A program made the translations under genes and the position numbers. Under the pieces are notes generated by a model, which saw only the letters and a program-made list of their open reading frames with translations, was not told where the DNA came from and did no database searches. 64,000 nucleotides of DNA from Escherichia virus TH57, in sequence record MT446422.1; one strand, given 5' to 3'. Shown here piece after piece: positions 19,763 to 28,718 of this stretch; the stretch's first letter is position 1, and the number at the start of each line of letters is the position of its first letter.

Positions 19763-20317
19763 ATGAGCTTATATACTGACCTTATATCAAATGTAGACTG
19801 GTTTGGCGGTAGTGGCCTTGCTACCGAAACTAATACAGTTCTTTATAGAATCCGTGGCGACTTGGGTTATTCCAATGATTTCTTAAGAAGAACAACAAGT
19901 CGCGGTGATACTACAAAATTGCCTTTTATTTTTGCTTTAGCTGAAGACCTTTCTTTCGCAGATGCCTTGGAAATTATTGATGTAAATCTGGGTATTCAAC
20001 GAGTGGAATTCGCTGGACTACGTTATTCAGTATATGCTTTAAACGAGAGCGATGATTGTATACTTCTTAATATGGCAGATGATGATTACCATTTAGTATG
20101 TTATGTGGCGCTAGAAAATGGTGATGTATTTGGAATGGTTGACCGTCGGCCAGCTTATACTGATATTAAAAATTATGATAAAGCTGAGCTTCTTGATTTG
20201 ACGGCTGAGTACACATTAGAAAGTCATAAACAAAAACGAAAGCTTAATCGTTTTATTGCTGAATGTCGTGAATATGCTAAGGGGGTTCAAAATGCGAACG
20301 TTATATCTGCCAAGTAA
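19763..20317 (+). CDS. hypothetical protein with C-terminal FIxEC motif
   Basis: ORF track 19745 uses TTG; ATG at 19763 after GGAGAGGAG; C-terminus ...LNRFIAECREY. Confidence 0.5.
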   Translation: MSLYTDLISNVDWFGGSGLATETNTVLYRIRGDLGYSNDFLRRTTSRGDTTKLPFIFALAEDLSFADALEIIDVNLGIQRVEFAGLRYSVYALNESDDCILLNMADDDYHLVCYVALENGDVFGMVDRRPAYTDIKNYDKAELLDLTAEYTLESHKQKRKLNRFIAECREYAKGVQNANVISAK

Positions 20318-20651
20318 ACCAGAAAAATTTGTATACGCAGACAAGATTGATAAAGACCTTATGCCTCCATTTGGAGCTTTGTCCATGTGCATCGTTGGGG
20401 TTATAATGATGGTGCTTTGTGGGGATATGGATATCATTAGTGTCGGAGTCGCCTGGGCACTAATAATCGCAGCTCCTTTTATTACCGTCCTGAGCATGAT
20501 ATTGATAAATGTGTGGCATCAAAATCATATGAATAAAGGATATCGTGGTCGAGTTAAAGAGTGGGAACAAAAATGTGTTTCCCTACAAGAAGAGCACAAA
20601 ATTAAATGTGCCGAAGAATTTATTAAGGAGGTTCGTAATGGAACGGCCTAG
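20292..20651 (+). CDS. membrane protein, FIxEC-family C-terminus
   Basis: ATG at 20292 after AGGGGG; hydrophobic helices; C-terminus ...EEFIKEVRNGTA. Confidence 0.5.
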   Translation: MRTLYLPSKPEKFVYADKIDKDLMPPFGALSMCIVGVIMMVLCGDMDIISVGVAWALIIAAPFITVLSMILINVWHQNHMNKGYRGRVKEWEQKCVSLQEEHKIKCAEEFIKEVRNGTA

Positions 20652-20991
20652 TCTTGCCTCACATGTTTATCAATTGGCTGAATATGATATTGGTGGCAAT
20701 TTATTATTAGGGATTGTCACCGCCATGCTTGGTGGTTTGGTTGGTCTGGTAATGACCACGGTTATGGCTGCAATCGAGGGAGTCATGCCTATTGAGATGG
20801 GGTTCTTTATGATAATCGCTCCGGCTGTTGTGGCTTATTTTATCCCTGTTGTGTATGATATCTGTCACACAAACGCCGTGAATGCTCCTAGTCGGAAGAG
20901 ATATGCTTCAGCAATGGCTGAGTATAATAAGTTCCTAGACAAAACAAAACGTAATGACCTTGAAACCTTTATTAAGGAATGTAAATCATGA
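20638..20991 (+). CDS. membrane protein, FIxEC-family C-terminus
   Basis: ATG at 20638 after AGGAGG; hydrophobic helices; C-terminus ...ETFIKECKS. Confidence 0.55.
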   Translation: MERPSLASHVYQLAEYDIGGNLLLGIVTAMLGGLVGLVMTTVMAAIEGVMPIEMGFFMIIAPAVVAYFIPVVYDICHTNAVNAPSRKRYASAMAEYNKFLDKTKRNDLETFIKECKS

Positions 20992-21278
20992 ATAAAATTG
21001 AAATTGCTATCCCCAAGTATTATGATGAGAAATCTGCAGAAAAAGCTATCTATTCTCTTCTAAATAAGACCTCTGAAATTGAAAAACACTGTGAAGAAAT
21101 CGCAGATGAATATGGCATCGAATTCAGCACTGGCGATTACGGCACCGGCCGTACATATCACCCAGTCGGTTATGAATGTTCCGAATGGTTCGCTCACCAT
21201 ATTGAAAACAACGGCGGACAAGTTGAAAACGGCATTGTTACTGTTGGTGCCTGGGTTTCCTCTTCTGAGGTGTGCTAA
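20988..21278 (+). CDS. small protein, member 1 of GxW[VF]xSSxxC-tail paralog array
   Basis: C-terminus GAWVSSSEVC; ATGA overlap with upstream gene. Confidence 0.6.
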   Translation: MNKIEIAIPKYYDEKSAEKAIYSLLNKTSEIEKHCEEIADEYGIEFSTGDYGTGRTYHPVGYECSEWFAHHIENNGGQVENGIVTVGAWVSSSEVC

Positions 21279-21279
21279 T

Positions 21280-21561
21280 ATGATGAATGATTACCGTAAA
21301 AATAAAGAACTGGCTAACGCAGTAAATGATATCCATAAAGCTATTCGTCGTGCCGAGGAAATTGCAGACAAATATGAGACTCATTTTAATATATACCCTG
21401 CTCGCGGTATGGGCGGTGACTATTATTCTCCTGGCGCCTTGAAAGCCGACCTTGCTCATTGGGAAGAACATGGTCATCCTGAATGGGCTATTGTTAATAC
21501 TCATGACTATACAACTGACCTGGAAAATGGTGGTTGGGTGTCCTCTTCTGTTGAATGTTAA
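21280..21561 (+). CDS. small protein, member 2 of GxW[VF]xSSxxC-tail paralog array
   Basis: ORF track 21079..21561; ATG at 21280 just after member 1 stop; C-terminus GGWVSSSVEC; shares EEIADxY segment with member 1. Confidence 0.6.
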   Translation: MMNDYRKNKELANAVNDIHKAIRRAEEIADKYETHFNIYPARGMGGDYYSPGALKADLAHWEEHGHPEWAIVNTHDYTTDLENGGWVSSSVEC

Positions 21562-21570
21562 GGAATTATT

Positions 21571-21768
21571 ATGTCTCGTGAATTAGATTGTGCAATCCGT
21601 ACTGCCGCGGCAGCTATTGAAAACGTTATCCAGATTTGTAAAGAAGAACGTGAAGAAGCCGACATCTATATCGAAGGTGAAAACCATCTGGACCGTCATA
21701 TCACGATTTACAATGGCTGTATTACAATTACGGGTGGCTCCTGGGTGTCCTCCTCTTACGAATGCTAA
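21571..21768 (+). CDS. small protein, member 3 of GxW[VF]xSSxxC-tail paralog array
   Basis: C-terminus GSWVSSSYEC; TAAGGA RBS upstream. Confidence 0.6.
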   Translation: MSRELDCAIRTAAAAIENVIQICKEEREEADIYIEGENHLDRHITIYNGCITITGGSWVSSSYEC

Positions 21769-21777
21769 GGAAATAAA

Positions 21778-22005
21778 ATGACTGCTAAAACTGTTAAAGA
21801 AATTGAAGACCAAATCCGTGCACTAATCTGTGAAGGTGAACAACTGGCCGATAAAACTGGTGAATACTTTCATGTGTATGCTGACAGTCTTCAACGATAT
21901 ATTCCTGCGGGTTGTCCAGAATACGAAGAGTATGACTGGATTCGCGGTGATTATGGTATCCCAGATGGTAAAGGTTTCTGGTTTAACTCCTCTATGTCTT
22001 GCTAA
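21778..22005 (+). CDS. small protein, member 4 of GxW[VF]xSSxxC-tail paralog array
   Basis: C-terminus GFWFNSSMSC; TAAGGA RBS upstream. Confidence 0.55.
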   Translation: MTAKTVKEIEDQIRALICEGEQLADKTGEYFHVYADSLQRYIPAGCPEYEEYDWIRGDYGIPDGKGFWFNSSMSC

Positions 22006-22014
22006 GGTGATAAA

Positions 22015-22248
22015 ATGACTACTGCTGTTGAATATGCTGAATTAGAAAAAGCTGCCCTTGAATTGGCTGCGCTGTATAAGAAAGTAAAAGATATGGCGTC
22101 TGCTCAAGATTTCGGTGTTGAGCTTGATGATTATGACGGCGAAGTCCGTCTTGAAGACTGGTTGAACAGCTCTTGTTATGGTGAAGAAGCGGGCCGTACC
22201 TTCGTTGCTCGTGCCGATGGTAAAATCTGGTACCCGAGCAGCTGCTAA
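22015..22248 (+). CDS. small protein, member 5 (divergent) of the paralog array
   Basis: C-terminus KIWYPSSC plus internal WLNSSCYGEE; TAAGGTGA RBS upstream. Confidence 0.5.
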   Translation: MTTAVEYAELEKAALELAALYKKVKDMASAQDFGVELDDYDGEVRLEDWLNSSCYGEEAGRTFVARADGKIWYPSSC

Positions 22249-22278
22249 AATTATCACAAGGATGTGATAGGAGGACTT

Positions 22279-22608
22279 ATGCACAGAGATTCAGTATTTA
22301 AATATCTTTTAAAAACAGATAAAGAATTTTATATGGATGGACAAGCATTCTTGTTCGTTCGCGGTAAGCGTGAAATGTTTTATAAATGCGACCTCTCCAT
22401 GCATCATCACATGTACCATACCCATGGCGAGTCCATACTAGGGTTCTCTGGTGATGAGACTAAACATATAGCTATGTATTATGACCATTTCAAGCTCAAT
22501 GATTGTGGTGATAATGCTTTGGTCTGGAATCCATCTTGGTGCCGGTGGGATACAATAGACAACAATAAATTATTTTTAGAATATTGCAGAAGTAGTATAC
22601 AACTCTAG
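22279..22608 (+). CDS. hypothetical His/Cys-rich protein
   Basis: ORF track 22264 uses GTG; ATG at 22279 after AGGAGG. Confidence 0.5.
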   Translation: MHRDSVFKYLLKTDKEFYMDGQAFLFVRGKREMFYKCDLSMHHHMYHTHGESILGFSGDETKHIAMYYDHFKLNDCGDNALVWNPSWCRWDTIDNNKLFLEYCRSSIQL

Positions 22609-22672
22609 AAAATCGTGTTACTATTCTCTTATCAACTGATGACAATCACGTTATCAGAACAGGAGAATAAAA

Positions 22673-22873
22673 ATGTCTATCGCAAACGAATTAATCAAAG
22701 TTCTGAACGAAGCCAAAGCCAACCAACTGGAGGTTAATCTCCAGGAAGTTTCAGATGGCATTAAAGTAACCATCAGCGGCGATGGCGTTCCAGGCACTAC
22801 AGAGGTTTACGATTCTTTGGAAGAAGTGGTTTCTTGCATTAAAAGAGCCGTTTACTTATATGGTATAATTTGA
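22673..22873 (+). CDS. hypothetical protein
   Basis: 66 aa ORF with GGAG RBS. Confidence 0.45.
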   Translation: MSIANELIKVLNEAKANQLEVNLQEVSDGIKVTISGDGVPGTTEVYDSLEEVVSCIKRAVYLYGII

Positions 22874-22883
22874 GGAAAATATT

Positions 22884-23051
22884 ATGTATAATGTTCTTAT
22901 TGTTTTTGTCACTCACCCGCAAGGTGGAGTAAGACAGAATACTTCTCAAGTGGTTCAATTTTCTTCACTAGAGGCCGCCAATCTTGCTGCCTCACGAATT
23001 GAAGCGAAAAAATCGGCACTTGGAAAATATGAAGTAACTCGTCTTTACTAA
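22884..23051 (+). CDS. small hypothetical protein (55 aa, below ORF-track cutoff)
   Basis: ATG preceded by GAGGAAAATATT, the same RBS context used by neighbouring genes; fills a gap. Confidence 0.4.
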   Translation: MYNVLIVFVTHPQGGVRQNTSQVVQFSSLEAANLAASRIEAKKSALGKYEVTRLY

Positions 23052-23064
23052 TGAGGAAAATATT

Positions 23065-24024
23065 ATGATGTTAGTTATTGGCTCTCGCGCATTGCATAAC
23101 GCCGGTCTGATTGAAAGTAAGAAAATTGAAAACTCTGATTGGGACTTTATAGCAGACCAAGGTTCCTGGAACAACTTTAAAACCCAGATGATGGGGCAGC
23201 ACGTGCATGTGGATAACCCAGATGTTCAAGCTTTTAAATGTATGCACAATGGCAAAGAAACCTATTTTGAAGCATACATCGTCCGGGCACTGACAAGTGT
23301 TCGTGAACTGACTGATGAGTTACAAGAGGAAGATTTTACCTCTAGTTATCGTCTGCTCAAATATGCGAAGGCGAATATTCAGAAAGACCGTCTATCTGGT
23401 TTTTACTGGGCGACTCCTGATATTTGTCTGGCAATTAAACTGTCTCATCGTTACCTGAAGAACAATCCATTCTTCCTGAAGACCATGAGTCATATTAATT
23501 ACCTTCGCAATAAGGGTGTTGTTCTTAATGATGAACTGCAGAAAATTATGCAACAACGCCAGGCAGAAACACTGTCATATAGTCACCCTAAACTAGATGT
23601 GGGCAAGAAAACTTTCTTTAATGATACAATCTATACCCTTGACCATGACTCCATCCACGAGGCTGTGGCGCTTGCTGATAAGCCTGCATATAAGTTCTAT
23701 ATGAAGGATGATTCAGAAGTCATGACCTCGCGTGAAAAATTTGAAGCACTCCCTGAGATTATTAAACTGGCTGGGGTTTATGAAGAAGCATGTGTACTTG
23801 CTCTGGAGCGTTCGCAGGTTCCCAATGAGTTCAATATCTCTCCATCCGTGAGCTTCCATATTGCTCTGGAAAAAGTCTGCACCTCCATTACTTCTGGATG
23901 GTTCCGCGAGTATGCCTGGGAACATTACCAGGAAGTGGTTAATATGTACAACACCCTGGGTCACGAAGACTATGTTAAACGTTTCAAAGCTAACCAGCAT
24001 TTAATTCGCCCTTTCGAAAAATAA
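23065..24024 (+). CDS. hypothetical protein (319 aa)
   Basis: Long ORF with GAGGAAAATATT RBS context; no domain recognised. Confidence 0.6.
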   Translation: MMLVIGSRALHNAGLIESKKIENSDWDFIADQGSWNNFKTQMMGQHVHVDNPDVQAFKCMHNGKETYFEAYIVRALTSVRELTDELQEEDFTSSYRLLKYAKANIQKDRLSGFYWATPDICLAIKLSHRYLKNNPFFLKTMSHINYLRNKGVVLNDELQKIMQQRQAETLSYSHPKLDVGKKTFFNDTIYTLDHDSIHEAVALADKPAYKFYMKDDSEVMTSREKFEALPEIIKLAGVYEEACVLALERSQVPNEFNISPSVSFHIALEKVCTSITSGWFREYAWEHYQEVVNMYNTLGHEDYVKRFKANQHLIRPFEK

Positions 24025-24083
24025 TTGTGTACATCCAAGTGGGACTATGACACAATAGTCCCACAATCAATGAGGAAAATATT

Positions 24084-24770
24084 ATGAACGGTCCAAAAAC
24101 TTTTAATTCTCAAGCTCATGCAGTAGGCAGTTTCGCTGGTAAAATTTCTAATGATAAAATCAAAAACGAAACTATGTTCTTCAACAGCTCATTGGCTTTC
24201 GCTTTTGACAATGGCGGTCCTATTACTCGTAGCTTTATCATGAGTCTGCCGGATGATTGGAACACTGACCAGGTTGTATTTGATTCTCGGGTTCATATGC
24301 TGATGCCTGGTTGGTATCCCGCTATCCCAGGTTATCACCATGATGATGTACCACGCCCGGATATTCCGGTTGGTCAACACTTTATTACTGCAGGGCAACC
24401 TGATTATGATAATCCTCGTTACCATTCTGAACATATTCTTGGTCTTGTTAACGCTGATGTGTGTCCTACTTATTTTGCAACCGGAACTGCAGAATTCAGT
24501 CAGATTCCTGAAGGCGAACTTATCTATCGCCAGTGGCATAAAGAAGTTCTGGAAAAAATTGAGTCCAATGAATTAACCAAGTGGGATGCTCCTGACCGCA
24601 CGTTGCTCCAGTTTGATTGGCAGACATGGCATACAGGTTCTCGTGCAGTAAGTAACGGTTGGCGCTGGTTTGGTCGTGTGTCTCGTAATACCGACCGTGT
24701 TAAAAAGATTACAAATGAAATCCGCGTTAATGCTCAAGTATATCTGGAATTCCCTATGGAGGGCTGGTAA
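24084..24770 (+). CDS. hypothetical protein (228 aa)
   Basis: Promoter with hairpin-embedded -10 and GAGGAAAATATT RBS upstream; no domain recognised. Confidence 0.6.
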   Translation: MNGPKTFNSQAHAVGSFAGKISNDKIKNETMFFNSSLAFAFDNGGPITRSFIMSLPDDWNTDQVVFDSRVHMLMPGWYPAIPGYHHDDVPRPDIPVGQHFITAGQPDYDNPRYHSEHILGLVNADVCPTYFATGTAEFSQIPEGELIYRQWHKEVLEKIESNELTKWDAPDRTLLQFDWQTWHTGSRAVSNGWRWFGRVSRNTDRVKKITNEIRVNAQVYLEFPMEGW

Positions 24771-25357
24771 TGGCCCTTTATGAACCTGGCTGTATGGGTG
24801 TTGATGTAAACTTCATCCGACGGGCAGAAAATGCAGGTATAATTGTATCAAGAGACGAATTTATGATTACCAAAAAATATTGGGCAAACCTTGATGATGG
24901 TGATGAAGGAATCAAGGTTGAAAACGTTGATTGGTCGCGATGCAATCGTCATGTGAAAGAGCTTTTAATTAAGGAATATAAAATGGGATATATTGTTAAT
25001 GGGTATCAACCGGAACCACTCAAAGAACAGACACCCGACCCATTAATTTCTTATAGCAAGAAATATGGATTTCGTACCTGGAAAGATGAATTTGATAAGT
25101 TAATTTGTTCCAGGTTTTATGTGTGGGCTGGAATCTTATTTTTACCAATCCTGTTGTTTTTCTTGACAGGTAAAAATGAAGCGCCTGTGGCTGTAATGGG
25201 CGCGTGCATTTCTTCTGCTGCTGTTGGACTTATTGCATCATTTTTATGGACTATGGTTATTGAAGTACCTTTTCGTATTTCTAAAGTTAAAAAGGTATAT
25301 GACGATATCACTAAGAAAAATACATTGAACTCTTTTATTGAGGAATGCCGTAAATGA
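24770..25357 (+). CDS. membrane protein, FIxEC-family C-terminus
   Basis: Hydrophobic helices (GILFLPILLFFL..., AAVGLIASFLW); C-terminus ...LNSFIEECRK. Confidence 0.55.
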   Translation: MALYEPGCMGVDVNFIRRAENAGIIVSRDEFMITKKYWANLDDGDEGIKVENVDWSRCNRHVKELLIKEYKMGYIVNGYQPEPLKEQTPDPLISYSKKYGFRTWKDEFDKLICSRFYVWAGILFLPILLFFLTGKNEAPVAVMGACISSAAVGLIASFLWTMVIEVPFRISKVKKVYDDITKKNTLNSFIEECRK

Positions 25358-25590
25358 GTATTGCAATTTATATTAAATCAGAGTCGTGTGATTCTTATCT
25401 GTATTCCTATGACACTGGAACATCAGAAGAGAAAATCAAAGATGATTTAGAAACCGACTTGGATATGTTCCGACCTATTTCTGAATACAGAATTCAAATT
25501 TCTGATAGTGAATCCCCTTCATTGGAAAATAGACTTGAATTTTTAATGAGTGATATTTTTAACCAATCCTGGGAACGTGACGATGAGTAA
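25354..25590 (+). CDS. acidic hypothetical protein
   Basis: 78 aa ORF overlapping neighbours. Confidence 0.45.
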   Translation: MSIAIYIKSESCDSYLYSYDTGTSEEKIKDDLETDLDMFRPISEYRIQISDSESPSLENRLEFLMSDIFNQSWERDDE

Positions 25591-26041
25591 GAAAAACAAG
25601 GTGAAAGAATTATCTGCTGGCATTATTTTCATGACTGAAGATAAAGAGTTATTCATGGGTCGTGTGACCGGTTCTCGTAAACCAGGTATGCCTGCACACA
25701 AATGGGACATCCCTAAGGGTCATGTTGAAGCTGATGAATCCCCGATTGAAGCTGCTATCCGTGAAACTGAAGAAGAAACTGGGTTTACCCAATATGACCC
25801 AGCATTCTTAAAGGACCTGGGTGAATTTCGTTATTCAGATAATAAAAACCTTCACCTGTTTTTGTACACGGTTCCGGTCGAGCATGAGCAGTTCAGACAT
25901 AGTAAATGCTCTGCCTATCATACCTTCCCGGATGGTAGTTCAGTCCCCGAGTTTGATGCATTTGCTCTGATTAAACCGAGCCAATGGCAATACGTAATGG
26001 GTAAATCGATGTACAAGGTAATGACTCAAATTTTCGGATAA
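25583..26041 (+). CDS. nudE: Nudix hydrolase NudE
   Basis: Nudix box GHVEADESPIEAAIRETEEETG; directly upstream of endolysin e as in T4; ATG at 25583. Confidence 0.85.
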   Translation: MSKKNKVKELSAGIIFMTEDKELFMGRVTGSRKPGMPAHKWDIPKGHVEADESPIEAAIRETEEETGFTQYDPAFLKDLGEFRYSDNKNLHLFLYTVPVEHEQFRHSKCSAYHTFPDGSSVPEFDAFALIKPSQWQYVMGKSMYKVMTQIFG

Positions 26042-26068
26042 TAAATACCCCTATATAAGGGGGGTATT

Positions 26069-26560
26069 ATGAATATATTCGAAATGTTACGCATAGATGA
26101 AGGTTGTAAGTTGGATTTGTACCGTGACACCGAAGGCTTTTGGACCATCGGCATCGGTCAATTGATAACTAAGAACCCATCGAAAGACGTTGCTCGCGCT
26201 GAGCTGGACAAATTAATGGGTCGTGTTTGCAACGGTAGGATTACCCAGATTGAAGCTGAAACCTTGTTTAACCGTTCAGTGGAAAAAGCTAAAGCCGGAA
26301 TCTTGAAACATCCTGTCTTAAAACCTGTTTATGATGTACTGGATGAAGTTCGTCGTTGCGCACTCATTAATATGGTATTCCAAATGGGTGTAGCTGGTGT
26401 AGCTGGTTTTCCTAAGGGGCTGCGATTGCTCAAGGCTAAATCATGGGAAGCTGCTGCTAAGGAACTGGCTGACTCAAGATGGTATAAAGTCCAGACTCCG
26501 AACCGGGCCAAACGAGTTATTGAAACTTTCCGTACTGGAACTTTTGACGCATACAAATGA
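26069..26560 (+). CDS. e: endolysin (T4 lysozyme, gene e)
   Basis: [12 protein letters not shown]...DTEG..TIGIG...PNRAKRVI matches T4 lysozyme closely, with catalytic Glu11/Asp20/Thr26 positions conserved. Confidence 0.95.
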   Translation: MNIFEMLRIDEGCKLDLYRDTEGFWTIGIGQLITKNPSKDVARAELDKLMGRVCNGRITQIEAETLFNRSVEKAKAGILKHPVLKPVYDVLDEVRRCALINMVFQMGVAGVAGFPKGLRLLKAKSWEAAAKELADSRWYKVQTPNRAKRVIETFRTGTFDAYK

Positions 26561-26616
26561 GTTTACATCTCCAAATGATAGGGTTATAATGACCCTATCA
26601 ACTACGGAGAACAAAC

Positions 26617-27033
26617 ATGACTCGCATTAATTTAACCCTGGTATCTGAACTCGCTGACCAACATCTTATGGCTGAATATCGTGAACTTCCTCGCGTGTTT
26701 GGTGCTGTTCGTAAGCATGTGCAAAATGGTAAAAAGGTGTCTGACTTTAAAATCCCATCATCTTTTCTTTTAGGGACTGGCCATGTCACCTTCTTTTATG
26801 ATAAGCTTTTGTTCCTTAAAAACAGGCATCAAGAACTTATTGCGGAATGTTTAAAGCGAGGGTTTAACATAAAAGATATTTCTACCCAAGATTTAAATGA
26901 TATTCCTGATGAATGGAAGAATGATTATCAACCATCAATCTGGTCAATTGAAATCAGTCAAGCCAGACTGAATGAGAAAATTTCTCAAAAGCCTACCTGG
27001 TACAAATACTATGGGAAAGCTGTGTACGCTTAA
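26617..27033 (+). CDS. denV: endonuclease V (pyrimidine dimer DNA glycosylase, DenV)
   Basis: [35 protein letters not shown]... matches T4 endo V over its full length; 138 aa. Confidence 0.95.
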   Translation: MTRINLTLVSELADQHLMAEYRELPRVFGAVRKHVQNGKKVSDFKIPSSFLLGTGHVTFFYDKLLFLKNRHQELIAECLKRGFNIKDISTQDLNDIPDEWKNDYQPSIWSIEISQARLNEKISQKPTWYKYYGKAVYA

Positions 27034-27081
27034 CTAAAAAGGTTGTATAATGATTTTATCAACCAAACAATGGAATATAAA

Positions 27082-27396
27082 ATGAAAACTTATCAAGAAT
27101 TTATTACTGAATCTACCCAAAAACGTGTTGAAGGCGGTTATGTCTGGATTGAACAATTAACCCCACCAAGTGAAACGAGCACGGGTTCGTGGAAAATTAC
27201 TGTTGATGGCCCTGGTGGAAAACGTAAGACTATTAAAGAAATTAAAGGCTATTATGATGAAGCCAAATCATGGGCTGGTAGTCATGTAATGCAGATTAAA
27301 ATTGCAAACCCGGATAACGTTCATGCGGCAAAAGCATTCCGTCGCATTGGTAATAAACTTTATGATGCGTTTTTGCGTGATTTCCCTAAAGAGTAA
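27082..27396 (+). CDS. internal protein (IP) with capsid targeting sequence
   Basis: ORF track 27043; ATG at 27082 gives MKTYQEFITES; position next to denV as ipII/ipIII in T4. Confidence 0.6.
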   Translation: MKTYQEFITESTQKRVEGGYVWIEQLTPPSETSTGSWKITVDGPGGKRKTIKEIKGYYDEAKSWAGSHVMQIKIANPDNVHAAKAFRRIGNKLYDAFLRDFPKE

Positions 27397-27409
27397 TTAA
27401 AGAGACATT

Positions 27410-27673
27410 ATGAAAACTTATCAAGAATTTATTACTGAATCTGCTAAAGCTCCTACCGGTGCTTTTAAAGTCCGCGCCTTCGCTGGTGATGCTGAAGACT
27501 TTGGCACCATGAAGCGCAATGGTTATTCTTTCTTTGGTGGCGATGGTAAAGAAATTGTTACCTATGCAAAACGCCGCGAAATCGCATTCGTGGTTGCTGG
27601 TAAGAAAGTTGATGTTGACGATATTGAATGGGATTTTGATACCTTTGGTATTGTTTCTGGCGGTAAAGCATAA
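27410..27673 (+). CDS. internal protein (IP) with capsid targeting sequence
   Basis: N-terminus MKTYQEFITESAKA. Confidence 0.65.
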   Translation: MKTYQEFITESAKAPTGAFKVRAFAGDAEDFGTMKRNGYSFFGGDGKEIVTYAKRREIAFVVAGKKVDVDDIEWDFDTFGIVSGGKA

Positions 27674-27675
27674 CT

Positions 27676-27710
27676 GTTTACTTTATGATGGGATAGTGTA
27701 TAATTATCCC
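27676..27710 (+). promoter_or_regulatory. early promoter cassette (PeSL-like, type A)
   Basis: -35 GTTTAC, 17 bp spacer, -10 TATAAT flanked by GGGATAG / TATCCC. Confidence 0.6.
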
Positions 27711-27729
27711 ATCAACTTGGAGCGAATAA

Positions 27730-28029
27730 ATGAAAACTTATCAAGAATTTATTACTGAAGCCAAAGCTCCTAAAGCATTTCAAATTGGGGTTCAGGGTAA
27801 TTTAGACCAACAATACGTTGATGCTATTGTAGCAAGCCTCGGCAAGCAGGGTGTACAAGTGGATTTGGTTGATTTTACTAAAGGTAATACTTTTAATATT
27901 GTCACATCTAAAGGTTCTTTAGCTAAAGTTAAAAAGGCCTTTGGCGTAGCACAAGCATATGAAATCGACCATTCCGAATTGGAAAATAAAGGTCGCCAGA
28001 ACACAATTAAAGGCTCTGGTTCTTTCTAA
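27730..28029 (+). CDS. internal protein (IP) with capsid targeting sequence
   Basis: N-terminus MKTYQEFITEAKA; promoter cassette upstream. Confidence 0.65.
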   Translation: MKTYQEFITEAKAPKAFQIGVQGNLDQQYVDAIVASLGKQGVQVDLVDFTKGNTFNIVTSKGSLAKVKKAFGVAQAYEIDHSELENKGRQNTIKGSGSF

Positions 28030-28190
28030 TAAAGGCAAGCCGGCCCTCTCCTCATGAACGTCGCGTCCTCTGAGTGATGGACCTTTCCCTACCTGTAATA
28101 AGGTCGAGCCCGAGTGCGGTAAGGGGTTTACATTCGGATACATGGACGAATTAATGTGCCAAGGAATGGCCCTACAACTAAGAGACAACT

Positions 28191-28718
28191 ATGAAATTTT
28201 TAACTCCAATTTATCTAACCTTAATGCACGCCTTCGCTGAACGCGCCATTGAACGCTTAGATTCAGACCAATACACCTGGTATGAACCCGCTTCAAGAAT
28301 GCAAGAGTTTGGTACTCTTCGACTTGATGGTGGTCGTCAAACAGGTAAAACAAGTGCCCTTGCACAGTTCGCTGCGGATTGGGTTTCCAAGGGTAATGAT
28401 GTGATTGTTATGTCGAGTTCTTCACATCGCTCCCGAGAAATCTGTGATATAATAAAGCGGGTTTCTAAGGCGCAACCACATCTTAATGTTGAGCGACCTG
28501 GTTTTGTTGTATATGATACTGTTCGTTCATTTTTAGACGAAGATAATTTCCATAAGTACCGTGGATTGCGTTTTACGCGTCTTTTAATCATTATTGAAGA
28601 ACCTATTCGCCTCCCTACAATGGATAAGTTCTATGAAGCTTATCAGGTAATGATGAATAAATTTATGTGTCAAGGTGATAAGCCTTTGCCGTTATTCTTT
28701 GTGATAGGAATGCAATAA
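28191..28718 (+). CDS. small P-loop NTPase-like protein
   Basis: Walker A-like GGRQTGKTS and Walker B-like LLIIIEE. Confidence 0.5.
   Translation: MKFLTPIYLTLMHAFAERAIERLDSDQYTWYEPASRMQEFGTLRLDGGRQTGKTSALAQFAADWVSKGNDVIVMSSSSHRSREICDIIKRVSKAQPHLNVERPGFVVYDTVRSFLDEDNFHKYRGLRFTRLLIIIEEPIRLPTMDKFYEAYQVMMNKFMCQGDKPLPLFFVIGMQ

Larger units (their letters stand above)
21248..22250 (+). repeat. dispersed junction repeat at 3' ends of five tandem small genes
   Basis: TGGGTGTCCTCTTCTG..TG(C/T)TAAGGA-like sequence recurs at about 21250, 21535, 21745, 21980 and in degenerate form at 22225. Confidence 0.5.
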
